Source of the DNA: Eledone cirrhosa
Lineage: Eukaryota
DNA length: 64,000 bases
Reading direction: 5' to 3'
Assembly (NCBI GenBank): GCA_964016885.1
Contig: OZ024741.1
Coordinates: 339,264,001 to 339,328,000, forward strand
Positions 42,210 through 55,505 of this stretch are shown one piece after another (within the stretch, counting starts at the first letter, position 1; each line of letters starts with the position of its first letter). The notes beneath the pieces are model-generated. The model saw only the letters and a program-made list of their open reading frames with translations, had not been told where the DNA came from and ran no database searches. The position numbers and the translations under genes are program-made.

Positions 42210-45060
42210 AATGGTGTGGGTTGTGTTGGTGTTGGTGGTGGGGTTGGTGGTGTTGGTAGTATTGGTGTGGTGGTGGTGGAGTTGTTGGGGGCGTTGTGGT
42301 TGTTGTTGTGGTTGGTGTTGTTGTGATTGGTGTTGTTGGTGGTGGTTGTTGTTGGTGGTTGTTGTTGTTGGTTGTTGTTGGTTGTTATTGGTGGTGGTGG
42401 TGGTGGTGTTGTTGGTGGCATTGTTATTGTTGGTGGTTGTTGTTGTGGTTGGTGTTGTTGGTGGTGGTGTTGCTGTTGGTGGTGGTGTTGTTGGTGTTGT
42501 TGGTGGTTGTTGGTGGTTGTTGTTGTTGGTGGTTGTTGTTGGTTGTTGTTGGTGGTTGTTGTTGGTGGTTGTTGTTGTTGGTGGTGGTGTTGCTGTTGGT
42601 GGTGGTGTTGTTGGTGTTGTTGGTGGTTGTTGCTGGTTGTTGTTGTTGGTGTTGTTGGTGGTGGTTGTTGGTGGTTGTTGTTGTTGTTGGTGGTGGTGGT
42701 GTTGGTGGTGGTGGTGTTGTTGGTGTTGTTGTTGGTGGTGTTGTTGGTGTTGTTGATGGTTGTTGTTGTTGATGGTTGTTGTTGTTGTTGGTTGTTGTTG
42801 GTGGTGGTGTTGTTGGTGTTGGTGGTTGTTGTTGTTGGTGGTGTTGTTGGTGTTGTTGATGGTTGTTGTTGTTGGTGGTTGTTGTTGTTGGTGGTTGTTG
42901 GTGGTGGTGGTGTTGTTGTTGGTGGTGGTGTTGTTGTTGGTGGTGGTTGTTGTTGGTGGTGGTGGTGGTGGTGTTGTTGTTGGTGGTGGTTGTTGTTGTT
43001 GTTGGTGGTTGTTGTTGTTGGTGGTGGTGGTGTTGTTGTTGTTGGTTGTTGTTGTTGTTGTTGGTGGTTGTTGTTGTTGGTGGTGGTGTTGTTGTTGGTG
43101 GTGGTGTTGTTGTTGGTGGTGGTGTTGTTGTTGTTGGTGGTGGTGGTTGTTGTTGTTGGTGGTGGTGGTTGTTGTTGTTGGTGGTGGTTGTTGTTGGTGG
43201 TGGTTGTTGTTGTTGGTGGTGTTGTTGTTGTTGGTGGTGGTTGTTGGTTGTTGTTGTTGTTGGTGGTTGTTGTTGTTGTTGGTGGTTGTTGTTGTTGTTG
43301 GTGGTTGTTGTTGTTGGTGGTGGTTGTTGTTAGTGGTTGTTGTTGGTGGTTGTCGTTGTTGGTGGTGGTTGTTGTTGTTGTTGGTGGTGGTGTTGTTGGT
43401 GGTGGTGGTGTTGTTGGTGTTGTTGTTGGTGGTGTTGTTGGTGTTGTTGATGGTTGTTGTTGTTGATGGTTGTTGTTGGTGGTGGTGTTGTTGGTGTTGG
43501 TGGTTGTTGTTGTTGGTGGTGTTGTTGGTGTTGTTGATGGTTGTTGTTGTTGGTGGTTGTTGTTGTTGGTGGTTGTTGGTGGTGGTGGTGTTGTTGTTGG
43601 TGGTGGTGTTGTTGGTGGTGGTGGTTGTTGTTGTTGTTGGTGTTGTTGGTGGTTGTTGGTGTTGGTGGTTGTTGTTGTTGGTGGTTGTTGTTGTTGGTGG
43701 TGGTAGTGTTGTTGTTGGTGGTGGTTGTTGTTGTTGGTGGTTGTTGTTGTTGTTGGTGGTGGTTGTTGTTGTTGGTGGTGGTGTTGTTGTTGTTGTTGGT
43801 GGTTGTTGTTGTTGGTGGTGGTGGTGTTGTTGTTGGTGGTGGTTGTTGTTGTTGGTGGTTGTTGTTGTTGTTGGTGGTTGTTGTTGTTGTTGTTGTTGGT
43901 TGTTGGTTGTTGTTGTTGGTGGTTGTTGTTGTTGGTGGTTGTTGTTGTTGGTGGTTGTTGTTGTTGTTGTTGGTGGTGGTTGTTGTTGGTTGTTGTTGGT
44001 GTTGGTTGTTGGTGTTGTTGGTGGTATTGTTGTTGTTGGTGGTTGTTGTTGTTGGTGGTTGTTGTTGTTGGTGGTTGTTGGTGGTGGTGGTGTTGTTGTT
44101 GGTGGTGGTGTTGTTGTTGGTGGTGGTTGTTGTTGGTGGTTGGTGTTGTTGGTGGTTGTTGGTGTTGGTGGTTGTTGTTGTTGGTGGTTGTTGTTGTTGG
44201 TGGTGGTTGTTGTTGTTGTTGGTGGTTGTTGTTGTTGGTGGTGGTGGTGTTGTTGTTGGTGGTGGTTGTTGTTGTTGTTGGTGGTTGTTGTTGTCGTTGG
44301 TGGTTGTTGTTGTTGTTGTTGGTGGTTGTTGGTTGTTGTTGTTGGTTGTTGTTGTTGTTGTTGGTGGTTGTTGGTTGTTGTTGTTGGTGGTTGTTGTTGT
44401 TGGTGGTTGTTGTTGTTGTTGTTGTTGGTGGTTGTTGTTGGTTGTTGTTGGTGTTGGTTGTTGGTGTTGTTGGTGGTATTGTTGTTGTTGGCGGTTGTTG
44501 TTGTTGGTGGTTGTTGTTGTTGGTGGTTGTTGTTGTTGGTGGTTATTGTTGTTGGTGGTTGTTGTTGTTGGTGGTTGTTGTTGTTGGTGGTTGTTGTTGT
44601 TGTTGGTGGTTGTTGTTGGTTGTTGTTGGTGTTGGTTGTTGGTGTTGTTGGTGGTATTGTTGTTGTTGGTGGTTGTTGTTGTTGGTGGTTGTTGTTGTTG
44701 GTGGTTGTTGTTGTTGTTGGTGGTTGTTGTTGTTGGTTGTTGTTGTTGTTGGTTGTTGTTGTTGTTGGTTGTTGTTGTTGTTGGTGGTTGTTGTTGTTGG
44801 TGGTTGTTGTTGGTGGTGGCATTGTTGTTGGCATTGTTGTTGGCGTTGTTGTTGGTGGTTGGTGGTGCTGTTGTTGTTGTTGTTGGTGGTGGCATTGTTG
44901 TTGTTGTTGTTGATGGCGGTGGCGTTGTTGTTGTTGTTGTTGGCGTTGGTGGTGGCATTGTTGTTGGTGTTGGTGTTAGTGGTGGTGGCGTTGTTGTTAG
45001 CGGTGCTGGGGGTAGTTGTGTTGGTGGTGGGGTTGAGGTGGTGTTTTTGTTGGTGGTGGT
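42210..45060. repeat. 2.8-kb (GTT)/(GGT) compound trinucleotide array
   Basis: Direct reading; phase slips occur. Confidence 0.97.
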
Positions 45061-45445
45061 AATAATCTTGTTGAGAGTGGTATTCTGGTGAATGTGACGT
45101 GGATTTACAATGGTATTTGTGTTGCTCACAGATTTGGAGACAACCTCATGGAAACAGCAATATGGTGACAGTCATTGTCCAGATGAATACCAGTTGACTG
45201 CCATTTCCTAACATTTAGCCAGGTACCGATATAGGGTTGGGGTGGAGTGGAAACATATCAGATGTTGCTGGTCAAACAGGTGCACATAGCTAACCAAAGC
45301 TTTGTCACACTGTATTGTGTTCCATTATGCTTTAGTTCATAACCTCCTGTACCTCATGAAACCACATTAGCAAGACTGTGTTGGAAAGTACAAAAGCAGT
45401 GTTATGCTTGCATCACATTAAAAAATAGTCTTTATTCTAATATTG

Positions 45446-45631
45446 GTTTCTAATTTAGGCACAAGGCCACCAATTTTGGGGGAGAGGAAAGTCAATCAAA
45501 TCAACCCCAGTGCATTACTGGTCCTTTATTATATCAACCCCGTATGGATGAAAGACAAAGCTAACTGAGTCAGGATTTGAACTCAGATAGTAAAGCATGT
45601 TGTCCGAATCTCCATCAATACTGCCAATCCA
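45446..45631 (-). mobile_element. SINE A, diverged
   Basis: Reverse complement of the family A consensus. Confidence 0.85.
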
Positions 45632-46007
45632 TCATCATCAGTCTTTATTTTAATATTGCAAATGTTCACAATGGTTTGTCCACTAGTTGGGTATTTTACT
45701 ATAAACATTTTGATTAATAAACCTGTTTTTAGATATTTTCTGATAAATCATTATGGAATGTTAAAAATTAAATAATCTTATCTATGGAACAAAATCAGAT
45801 CAAATGAAAATGAACATAAAGAAGCAATGTTATGAATATCAGTAAATGTATGAGTCAAAATGAGAATAAGAACTGTTATTAAATGTGGAATTTCCATGCT
45901 CGTTATTATAAGGAAAATATTTCATGATTTAATTATTTTACAATTGAGTCAGATAGGATTAATTAATAAGAAGAAGAGATATAACTTAAACAATAGCATG
46001 CAATTAT

Positions 46008-46385
46008 TTAACCCATTCATTACCATATTTCTAATGAAAGATTGCTTATTTTGAAATAATCTTGAAAATAATAAAGAAGTTGGAACGATTTCGTAATATA
46101 ACTTTCTCGTTAAGTTGGTGTTTCAAACATAACCCTTTTGTTACCATATTTCTAATGAAAGATACTGCTTATGATTTTCAAATAATTTTGAAAATAATAA
46201 AGAATTTGGAAGGGTTTAGTAATAACTTTCTCATTATTAAGCTGGTGTTTGGAAAATGACTTACAGCTTCTTAACATAAAATTATGATGGAAGGTTATTC
46301 GATGAATATAAATTCTTAAAAATAAAGCAGTTTTATATGATAGAAGCAGTGCCAATTTCATGCATTTTGGTATGAAAAAGGTTAA
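46008..46385. mobile_element. piggyBac-like MITE with duplicated left end
   Basis: TTAA-CCCATTCATTACCA ... TGGTATGAAAAAGG-TTAA; the left ~120 bp is repeated from 46130. Confidence 0.55.
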
Positions 46386-46899
46386 GATTAATCAGACAAT
46401 ATGTCATAACTGCTGCAGATGATATCTAAAGTTCGTCCACATGAGGCTTTTTTTTGGCATGAGTCACTAATAAACATGGAGAATTGATGAAGAATATAAC
46501 CGCAAAGATAAACACTGGGAAATATTTTTTTTTGTCATTATTTATGTATTCCATAAAAATAGTAAAATTTTATTTTTGAAATAAATAAATGAATAAATAA
46601 ATAAAAAATAAATAAATAAGTAAATGCTGAAATAACTGAAATAATGAATTTATTTATGAGTTTATAACATCAATATATTATCTTTGAATGTATTATTTAT
46701 AAATTACTGGTGCGTTAATGGTGTTTTGCTTCATTGCTATATTGTATTACAGAATATATCTATGGAATATATACACATGTAAACACCTTATCTCTTCACA
46801 CACACATGTACACACACATGTACATACACACACACACTCATGCATACACTACTGGATTAATAGTCATTAAAACATGAACATGAAATGACATGTGATATT

Positions 46900-47847
46900 T
46901 AGTTACCGCTCTTTACATTTTGAGTTCAAAACCCATCATAGTCAATTTTACCTTTGATCCTTCCAGAGTTAAGATAAAATACCAGTTAAATATTAGGGAT
47001 TTAATATGATTAATTTCTTCCTCCACCTCATATTGCTGGCCTTGTGCTTAAATTAAATACCATTATTATTTGGATTGACAGTATTGGTAGAGGGTCGGAC
47101 GCCATGCTTTCCAGCATAGTTACGTCCCCTTACAGACTGAGTTCAATCCCGCCGATGTTAACTTTACCTTTCATCCTTACGGGGTCAATAAAATAAAGAC
47201 CCAGTAATGTGGTGGGTAATTGCTGGCCTTGTGCCAAAACTAGAAACTATTATTTCTTCAGTGTGGGCAGTGGCTTGGCAGAGTTGTTAGTGTGTCAGAT
47301 GAGATACTTTAAGATATTCATTCCAGTACTCTGCATTCTGAGTTCAACTTTCTCCCCACCATCAAGGTCAACTTTGTCTTTCAACCTTATGGGGTCAATA
47401 AAGTAAAGCACCAGTAACGTACTGGAGTCCATTTAATCACCCCCCCCCCCCAACTGTTGGTTTTGTGCCTAAATTACAAATCATTATTGCGGTGGATTGA
47501 CAGTATCGGTAAAGGGTCGGTTGCTATGGTTTGCAGCATAGAGTTACGGCTCTTTACGGTTTGAGTTCAAATCTCGCCGAGGTTAACTTTGCCTTTCATC
47601 CTTACAGGGTCGATAAAATAAAGCACCAGTAATACACTGGGGTAATTGCTGGCCTTGTGCCAAAAGTAGAAACAATTATTATTATTAGGGTCGGACGCCA
47701 TGCTTTCAAGCATAGAGTTACAGCCCTTTGTGGTCTGAGTTCAAATCTCGCCAAGGTTAACTTTGCCTTTCATCCTTACGGGGTCAATAAAATAAAGTAC
47801 CAGTAATGCACTGGTATAATTGCTGGCCTTGTGCCAAAAGTAGAAAC
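46900..47847 (+). mobile_element. Five SINE A-related copies head to tail
   Basis: GAGTTCAA B box and core motif five times, with mixed divergence. Confidence 0.9.
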
Positions 47848-49232
47848 AATTATTATTAATATCATTATGATCATTATGATCATTATTATCATTATTATTG
47901 TTACTATTGCTGTTATTTAATTTGATATGACTAAATCACTTTTCTTTCTATATTCCTCTAATCTTCCTTTTCTCTCAGTTTTTCCCCCCAAATCATTAGA
48001 TATGGTTGATAAATTCTATTCTCTTGATTCTCATATTTAACCACAGAATAATATTACTGCTATTCATACAACAACAACAACAACAACAATAAATTTAAAG
48101 GAGGGAGGTGTGTAATGTAAAGGGAGGGGTGTGTTTCGGAAATAGTTAATGTCATCAGAGCTGTGTTTATGGATGTTGTCTTTTTGTGTGTATATGTGTA
48201 TGTATGTGTGTGTTTTGTTGTGTTTTGTTGTATGTGTTTGTGTTCTGTTGTGTGTGTTTGTTTTCTGTTGTGTGTGTTTGTGTGTGTGTGTGTACGTGTT
48301 TATGTGTGTCTTTGTTTTCTGTTGTGTGTGTTTGTATTCTGTTGTAAGTGTATGTGTATGTATGTGTGTGTATTTGTGTTCTGTTATGTGTGTGTGTGTG
48401 TCTCTGTTCAGGTGTGTGTTTGTATCTTTGTGTTCTATAGTGTGTGTGGTTGTGTGTGTGTTTCTGTTTGTGTGTTCTATGTGTGTGTATGTGTGTGTTT
48501 CACTTTGATATAAACGTAGACAGTCATTAAGATATTAAGATAGATTTAAGAACAAAACTCTTCAGTTGATTTCATAATTTGTAAAGAGTCTGGTCAGTGT
48601 TGTTGTTCAGTTACAACAACTACTACTACAACAACCATACCTCCAGCACCAGCACCACCACCTGAATGTGGTCACTGTTGTTATTCAGTTACAACAACTA
48701 CTACAACAGCCACACCACTGTTACCACCACTAGCATTGTCACTAACACTGCCACTACTCCTACCACCACCCCTACCACTCACTACCACTGTCACTACCAC
48801 CACTGCTACCATTACCATCAAGTACTACTACAACTACTACACCAACTACAGCTATAACAGTGATTAGAACTTCATTTACAACACAAACAATTGCAACAAT
48901 TACTGTCTTACTAGATTCAACCATTACTAAAAATACTGTGATTTTAATACTCAGGGGTGACATCCAGATCTCTCTCTCTCTCCCCCCTCTCTCTATACAC
49001 ACACATATATATATATAATATAGTGTGTGTGTATATGATGAGTAGATTGAGGTTGGAGTCAGACTATAACAGAAATATGGATCCTGAGCCACCCATCTGT
49101 GAAATGTTTGCTTACTCAATAAAAACCTCAGTCTGAAGCTTCATTTTGTTCTTAATATATACGCTCTACTCTAGCATAGAATGCTAATATTGGTACCTTC
49201 CTTAGTAAACTACAAATCTACTGAATCACCTA

Positions 49233-49275
<43 letters not shown>

Positions 49276-49317
49276 TATAGGAAGTCAGATTTGCAGCTTG
49301 TTATGAAACTTAATTAT

Positions 49318-49401
49318 ATATTACAACTGTTTCGGTATTGACCAGCTCGGGTTTGGTCAGGTGATTGGATCTTGACTATTAATCGACACCTCCTTAGATA
49401 T
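49318..49401 (-). pseudogene. Decayed type I hammerhead with extended stem II
   Basis: ATAT CTAAGGA GGTGTCG..CAATACC GAAA CAGTTG TA ATAT; G5 changed to A; TATTGAGTA downstream on minus at 49113-49121. Confidence 0.6.
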
Positions 49402-49419
49402 GAACGTTTACATGGGTGG

Positions 49420-49489
<70 letters not shown>

Positions 49490-50866
49490 TAATCTGCAGT
49501 TTTGGGACCAGGAAAATCACAAATCAAAGAAGTACTTGATACATGGTAAGGTGCAGAGTGGGTATATTAGTGGATGTAGAGGATATATCGTGAGCTCGGC
49601 AGTTTCAGCTATATAAATATATATATTATCTATATATATAATTAGATGAACCAAGTCAAATAGAACTGACATAGCTTTGGCTGTTTCCCCACTCACTCAA
49701 TGGACAACTAAGTTTGAATTATTAAAATTCGAAAATTCGAACCCAACTGACCAGAGTGACAACTTCGCGTGGGTAAGATGATATGGCACCCGGACTGCTA
49801 TAACAGCTTCCACGGTCACAGACTGTTGGATGTGCCCCCAAAGGTGCAGCCATCATCATCATCGTTGATTAATGTCTATTTTCCACGCTAATATGGGTTA
49901 GACGGGTTTGTCCCATTTAGAGGCAAGTTATGTCGGGTGACCGTGTCTCACTCATATAGGACTGTCTCTGGCAGGTTTTCTACCACTGGATGCCCTTCCT
50001 AGTGTCAACTACATTTACAGTGTGTGCTGGGTGCCTTTTACTGTGTCTTTTACACAACCACTTTACAGTGTTAGCTGGCTGCTTTTTGTCGTGACACCTA
50101 GATAATCACTTTACAGTGTAGGCTGGATGTTTTGTGGTACGAACATATATATATATTTGCATGCATATACCATACATATACACATATCATACACATCATA
50201 TATATATCATCATCCTTGTTGTTTAACGTCCATCTTCCACACTAGCATGGGTAGGATGGATTGACCCTTAGGGAGAAAAACAGGTCAGAGGACCAAGTTT
50301 AGCTCACTCGGGGCAGAATATTAGGTAATGATAACACACATTACATGAATTAGATGTGGGTCTGTTTTGTCAGCAGCAGTTTGCCTCTCTGTTAAGGAAA
50401 AACAAAAATGGCGTGCAAGTTCTCTCAGTTGAGGCAAGTGAAGGTCACAGTAAACCCTTTAGAGATGCGTGATGCCACATCAAAGAGGAGGTAAGCCATG
50501 TCTGACCAAATACAGGGGATCATGTTGGCAAAAAAATTAACATTGAAAAAATATGATTATTGCCAAAAGCACTCTGTGTGCTTTCAAATAGAAAACAAAT
50601 ACAATACAGCAAATAATAAAAAATAAATATAGTTATATGATGAAGTGACAAAAAGCTCAAACTTCAAAGTCATTACCACTTTTTCATACAGAAAATATAA
50701 TTTACTCTCTACTTACACATATTTAATGTTTGAACGTTTTAAGTACTACATTATGTTAAACACACATTCTAATATACCAGAAAAGTCAACAAGGAAAAAC
50801 AGCACAGGGGAATAATATAACACAATGATGGTATATTAGTTTAATCATTGATATAGTTGGAAAAGG

Positions 50867-50904
50867 ATCTTAATGTTTCGGGCACTAGTCCTTCATCAGA
50901 AGAT
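50867..50904 (-). ncRNA. Minimal Penelope-type hammerhead ribozyme, slightly decayed
   Basis: ATCTT CTGATGA AGGAC TAGT GCCC GAAA CATT AAGAT; 5-bp stem I; stem III ACGT palindrome apparently decayed to ACAT. Confidence 0.68.
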
Positions 50905-51292
50905 AGAAAAAAAAAAAGAGTGAGAAGAGATGTTTGAGAGAGAGAGAAAGTAGTAATACAGACAGGAATAAAAATGAAAATGGAGAAAAAGGTAAAGAGG
51001 AGAGAAAGCATGTGTTGTTAGCCATCTTGTAAAACAAATGTGTATGTGTCTTCACATTGACACTGATTCAGCCAGCAGTTGCATTTGTTTATGTCCTGCA
51101 TAAATAAAATGACTCATAGACTAGGCAGTCCAGTGAAGGTCATTGAAGGATTATTTCCAATTTTCTCATCTATTATTTATAGTGAACGACTATCATAATG
51201 GTCACTTGTGTTGGAACGCACATATTAAACATTTCTAATTTTCCCAATGCTTCTTAAGTCAACCTCTGTGTAAAATAATAATAATAATAATG

Positions 51293-51503
51293 GTTTCTAC
51301 TTTAGGCACAAGGTCACCAATTTGAAGGGGAGGGGAAAGTTGATTAAATCGAAACCAGTGCATTACTGGTACTTTATTTTATCGACCCCGTAAGGATGAA
51401 AGGCAAAGTTAACCCCAGCGGGATTTGAACTCAGAATGGCAAGGGCCGTAACTCTATGCGTCAAAGCATGGCGTCTGACCCTCTACCGATACTGCCAATC
51501 CAC
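51293..51503 (-). mobile_element. SINE A, full length
   Basis: Complete head, core and tail, flanked by (AAT)n on both sides. Confidence 0.92.
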
Positions 51504-52058
51504 CAATAATAATAATAATAATAATAATAATATATACGGCATAGAAAAAATAGCACTACTAGGCACTGCACATATGTTTCGAAAAGTTCTATCAATACAA
51601 TAGAAACATGATCAGCAAAAACACCACTGCACATACCCAAGGCACACAGAGCTGTGCTCGCTAAAGCAGTAATGATGCGCAATAAAAATAATAATGGAAA
51701 TAATAATAATAATAAAATTAAAATAAAAGAGTGAGTATTTTAAGATGATGAAAGTGAAGACAGCAGGTCACCAAATTCAATAACTTTTAACCCCTGCAGG
51801 CCTTAAAGGACTTCTTATATATTTTTCCAATTTTTTTATTTAAAATAGATAAATAAAATATATGTAGAAGAATTTAATCGAAGATACTCACTGTGTTACC
51901 ATATTAGGGGTGGGCTTGTCAAAACAATTCACACATGATGTATTATATATGGACATGTATGTACATACACATATATTTATGTATGTAAACACATTTATTT
52001 ACATGTATGTGTGTATAGGATTTTATGTATTTCTAGATATACATATATACATTCATAC

Positions 52059-52090
<32 letters not shown>

Positions 52091-52390
52091 AATATATATA
52101 GACATACATCTGCACATACATACTTGTACATATACATATATGCACATTCATAAACTTGTACCCACACCTACATACACACATATTCATACATATATGTATA
52201 TGCATATACATACATATACTATACATAAACACATACATACGTATACATAGGTGAGCATATACATACATATACATACATGTACATATATATAAATATATAT
52301 ACATGCATATATATATATTTATATATATATATATATATACATATACGTATCTATCAATATATATATATATATATATATATACATACTTGT

Positions 52391-52449
<59 letters not shown>

Positions 52450-52454
52450 CTTGT

Positions 52455-52496
<42 letters not shown>

Positions 52497-52549
52497 ACAC
52501 ATAAATACATGTATTTATTCATTTTCATATTCCTCTTGAAAATTATTTC

Positions 52550-52749
52550 NNNNNNNNNNNNNNNNNNNNNNNNNNNNNNNNNNNNNNNNNNNNNNNNNNN
52601 NNNNNNNNNNNNNNNNNNNNNNNNNNNNNNNNNNNNNNNNNNNNNNNNNNNNNNNNNNNNNNNNNNNNNNNNNNNNNNNNNNNNNNNNNNNNNNNNNNNN
52701 NNNNNNNNNNNNNNNNNNNNNNNNNNNNNNNNNNNNNNNNNNNNNNNNN
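52550..52749. other. Assembly gap of 200 N
   Basis: Run of N. Confidence 1.
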
Positions 52750-53084
52750 CTGTAGATGTATAGTGTAGTAATAGGTAGATTGATCTCAGGTATACTTTGT
52801 GTAATTACTGCTGTAGATATATGGTGTGTGTGTGTATATAATAACCAAATAAAGATATATATATATATACACAGAGAGAAAGAGCCATATATTGCACAAG
52901 AAACATGGTATATTGTATATATATATCAAATACATATTCAATAGAAGAATATGTACACTGGTGGAATCATAAGTGAAACCTTATATCACTATTTCATACC
53001 TGGAGAGTATGGCTAAAAATCGATCTATGGCTTTTTCTCTCTCTGTATATACACATATCTCTTTATTTGTTTATATATATATAT

Positions 53085-53558
53085 ATTGGCTGAGAGCTTT
53101 TGACGGGAATGAAAAGATTTGTTTTCTATTCTCCTGCCACCACGAAAAGTTTGTAAATAGGTGGCTGGTCGAGGGACAGAGTTGTATCAGATTCCAGTTG
53201 CTAATCACTTTACTGTGTCGGCCATCACAAACAGTTATAGATGTCATGGGCTGGGGTTTGGATTCTGTCGATCGATTGGTTATTGATAAGCCAATACCCG
53301 CTGATGAAGCCACATACGCCAATTATACATTATTGCATAATATATGCAGACAGAGGGTGCAGTGCACCCTACTGCTGCATTAAGTGTGGCTGAAACTTGA
53401 GTCCGGGAACTATTATAGGCACCTGTTTTACATGTGTTGTGTTGAAGCGAATAACTATGTGTATACTCTGGGAATGTATCCTACATTACCTATTGAGTAC
53501 GCTGAGATACAACCGGTCCTGGCATTGATAAATATGCTGGGTCCGTCAACTCCTTATT
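53085..53558 (+). mobile_element. Penelope pLTR-like or retrozyme-like element carrying the hammerhead
   Basis: Island of higher GC between two (TA)n tracts; contains the hammerhead and TATTGAGTAC at 53491-53500. Confidence 0.6.
53297..53407 (+). ncRNA. Type I hammerhead ribozyme, complete core, long branched stem II
   Basis: CCCG CTGATGA AGCCACA [70 nt] TGTGGCT GAAA CT TG AGT C CGGG; GUC triplet, predicted cleavage after 53403. Confidence 0.85.
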
Positions 53559-53891
53559 ATATATATATATATATATCATCATCATCATCATCATCATTTT
53601 GCGCCACTCTTCCCTGCTTGCAAGGGTGGGACATATATATATATATATAATACACACACATACACACACACACATGACAGCTACAGCTTGATAACATCTG
53701 TCTTCCATATTTGGTGGGTGTTATGGTCTGTTTGGTTTGCCAAATTTTGAAGGTGGTCATGGGCTGGTTTAGCAGGAGTCATGAGTGCAGGTTGGTGTTT
53801 GTTTTAATGAGTTTTGTGGATAGATTGGACCAATAACGGTCTTATTTACACAGACGCACACACGCGCACATGCACACACACACACATATAT

Positions 53892-54099
53892 ATAGGAAAA
53901 TGTATGACCCCGATGGCAGAGCTCAAGCCGTTTCGACGGCCATTTCTGGACTAAATATTCAGTCCAGAAATAGCTGTCGAAACGGCTTGAGCTCTGCTGT
54001 CGGGGTCATACATTTTCCTATTACCCACTCTACTACCCTAAGTATTGAGTACTCTGGTGCGTTATAGTCCATCTGGTTCCTTACCACAACTTCTTTGTT
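53892..54099 (+). mobile_element. Palindromic Penelope-like short element, copy 2
   Basis: Inverted repeat 53892-54021 plus a tail nearly identical to 13073-13151. Confidence 0.78.
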
Positions 54100-54184
54100 A
54101 TATATATATATATATATACACAAAGCTGAGGGCCTGAATCCCATACCATGTCATTGCTAACTTATGCCTCTATATCTATATGTG

Positions 54185-54520
54185 AAGGTGCATGGCTTAG
54201 TAGTTAGAGCATCGGGCTTACAATCGTGAGTTTGTGAGTTCAATTCCCAGATCAAGCTGTGTGTTATGTTCTTGAGCAAGACACTTTATTTCACATTGTT
54301 CCAGTTCACTCTGCTGTAGAAATGTGTTGCGATGTCACTGGTGCCAAGCTCTATCGGCCATTGCTTTTCTCTTGGTCAACCACGGTGGCGTGGAGAGAGG
54401 AAACTGGTATGTATGGGTGACTGCTGGTCTTCCACAAACAACCTTGCCTGAACTTGCTCATCAGAGGGGAACATTCTAGGTGCAAATCTCATGGTCATTC
54501 GTGACCGAAGAAGTCTTTAC
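54185..54520 (+). mobile_element. tRNA-derived SINE family B, full length
   Basis: A and B boxes and core shared with 41353-41498; 3' end abuts TA. Confidence 0.85.
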
Positions 54521-54539
54521 CTATATATATCTGTATTTC

Positions 54540-54795
54540 ATCCACATTTAACATTTGATTTTCTATACTTGAATGGGTTGGATAGGTCTTTACATCCACA
54601 GCTGCTCTCTGTTTATTGCCTTCCTTTGTTATCTCTTCTGTGAGGCTCACCATTTCTAGATCAACTCTCATTACTTCTGGCCAAGTCCTCCTTGGTTTAC
54701 CTCTTCTATAGTTTCGTTCCATAGGAATCAATCTCTTGTCACTTCTTCATCCAACAATCATCCACATATATATCACATGTCCATACCAGCTGAGT
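54540..54795 (-). mobile_element. RTE-type LINE 3' end
   Basis: RGKPRRTWPEVMRVDL on the minus strand. Confidence 0.72.
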
Positions 54796-54904
54796 GCTCT
54801 CACTGTATTTTTCTATTTGTTTTCCTTTTGATTTTTTTTTTTTTTGTTTATTCCAACTTGAAATCATTCAGAGGTAAAGAAATGGAAACATCTGTACCCC
54901 TACT

Positions 54905-55505
54905 CCTGCCACTACCACCACCACAACTGTCATCACCACCAAAACTACCACCAATACAACTGCCATCAACACAACAACTACCATCACAACCACAACCACC
55001 ACAACAACCACTGCCTCGACAACCACTGCCACGACAACCACCACCATGACAACAACCACCACCACCACCACCACAACAACCACCACCACCACCATCATCA
55101 CAACAACCGCCACCACCACCATCACAACAACCACCACCACCACCATGGCAACAACCACCACCACCACGACAACAACCACCACCACCACAACAACCACCAC
55201 AACTGTCACCACTACAACAACCATCACCACAACAACTACCGCCAATACCACAGCAACTACCACCACTACAACCACCACCACCACTACAACAACCACCACC
55301 ACAACAACCACCACAACCACCACCACTACAACCACCGCCACCACAACAACCACAACCACCACCACTACAACCACCACCACCATCACATCTACCACCACCA
55401 CAGCCACAACTGCAATCAAAACTACCTCCACCACATCTACCACCGCCACCACATCTATCACCACTACCACCACCACCACCATCACTACCACCACAACAAC
55501 TACAA
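54905..55505. repeat. (ACC/ACA)n compound repeat
   Basis: Direct reading. Confidence 0.9.

Noticed and set aside
42141-45129. 897-aa and 599-aa Thr/Asn/Gln/Pro-rich ORFs
   Set aside because: Trinucleotide array that is open in most frames, with phase slips and no domain or clear splice signals
48128-48160. CTGATGA..GAAAC on the minus strand
   Set aside because: No stem II pairing and no stem III or UH site, so probably chance
51565-51618. CTGATCA..GAAACATATGTG on the minus strand
   Set aside because: G8 altered, position 17 is G, and stem II is not flush with the core
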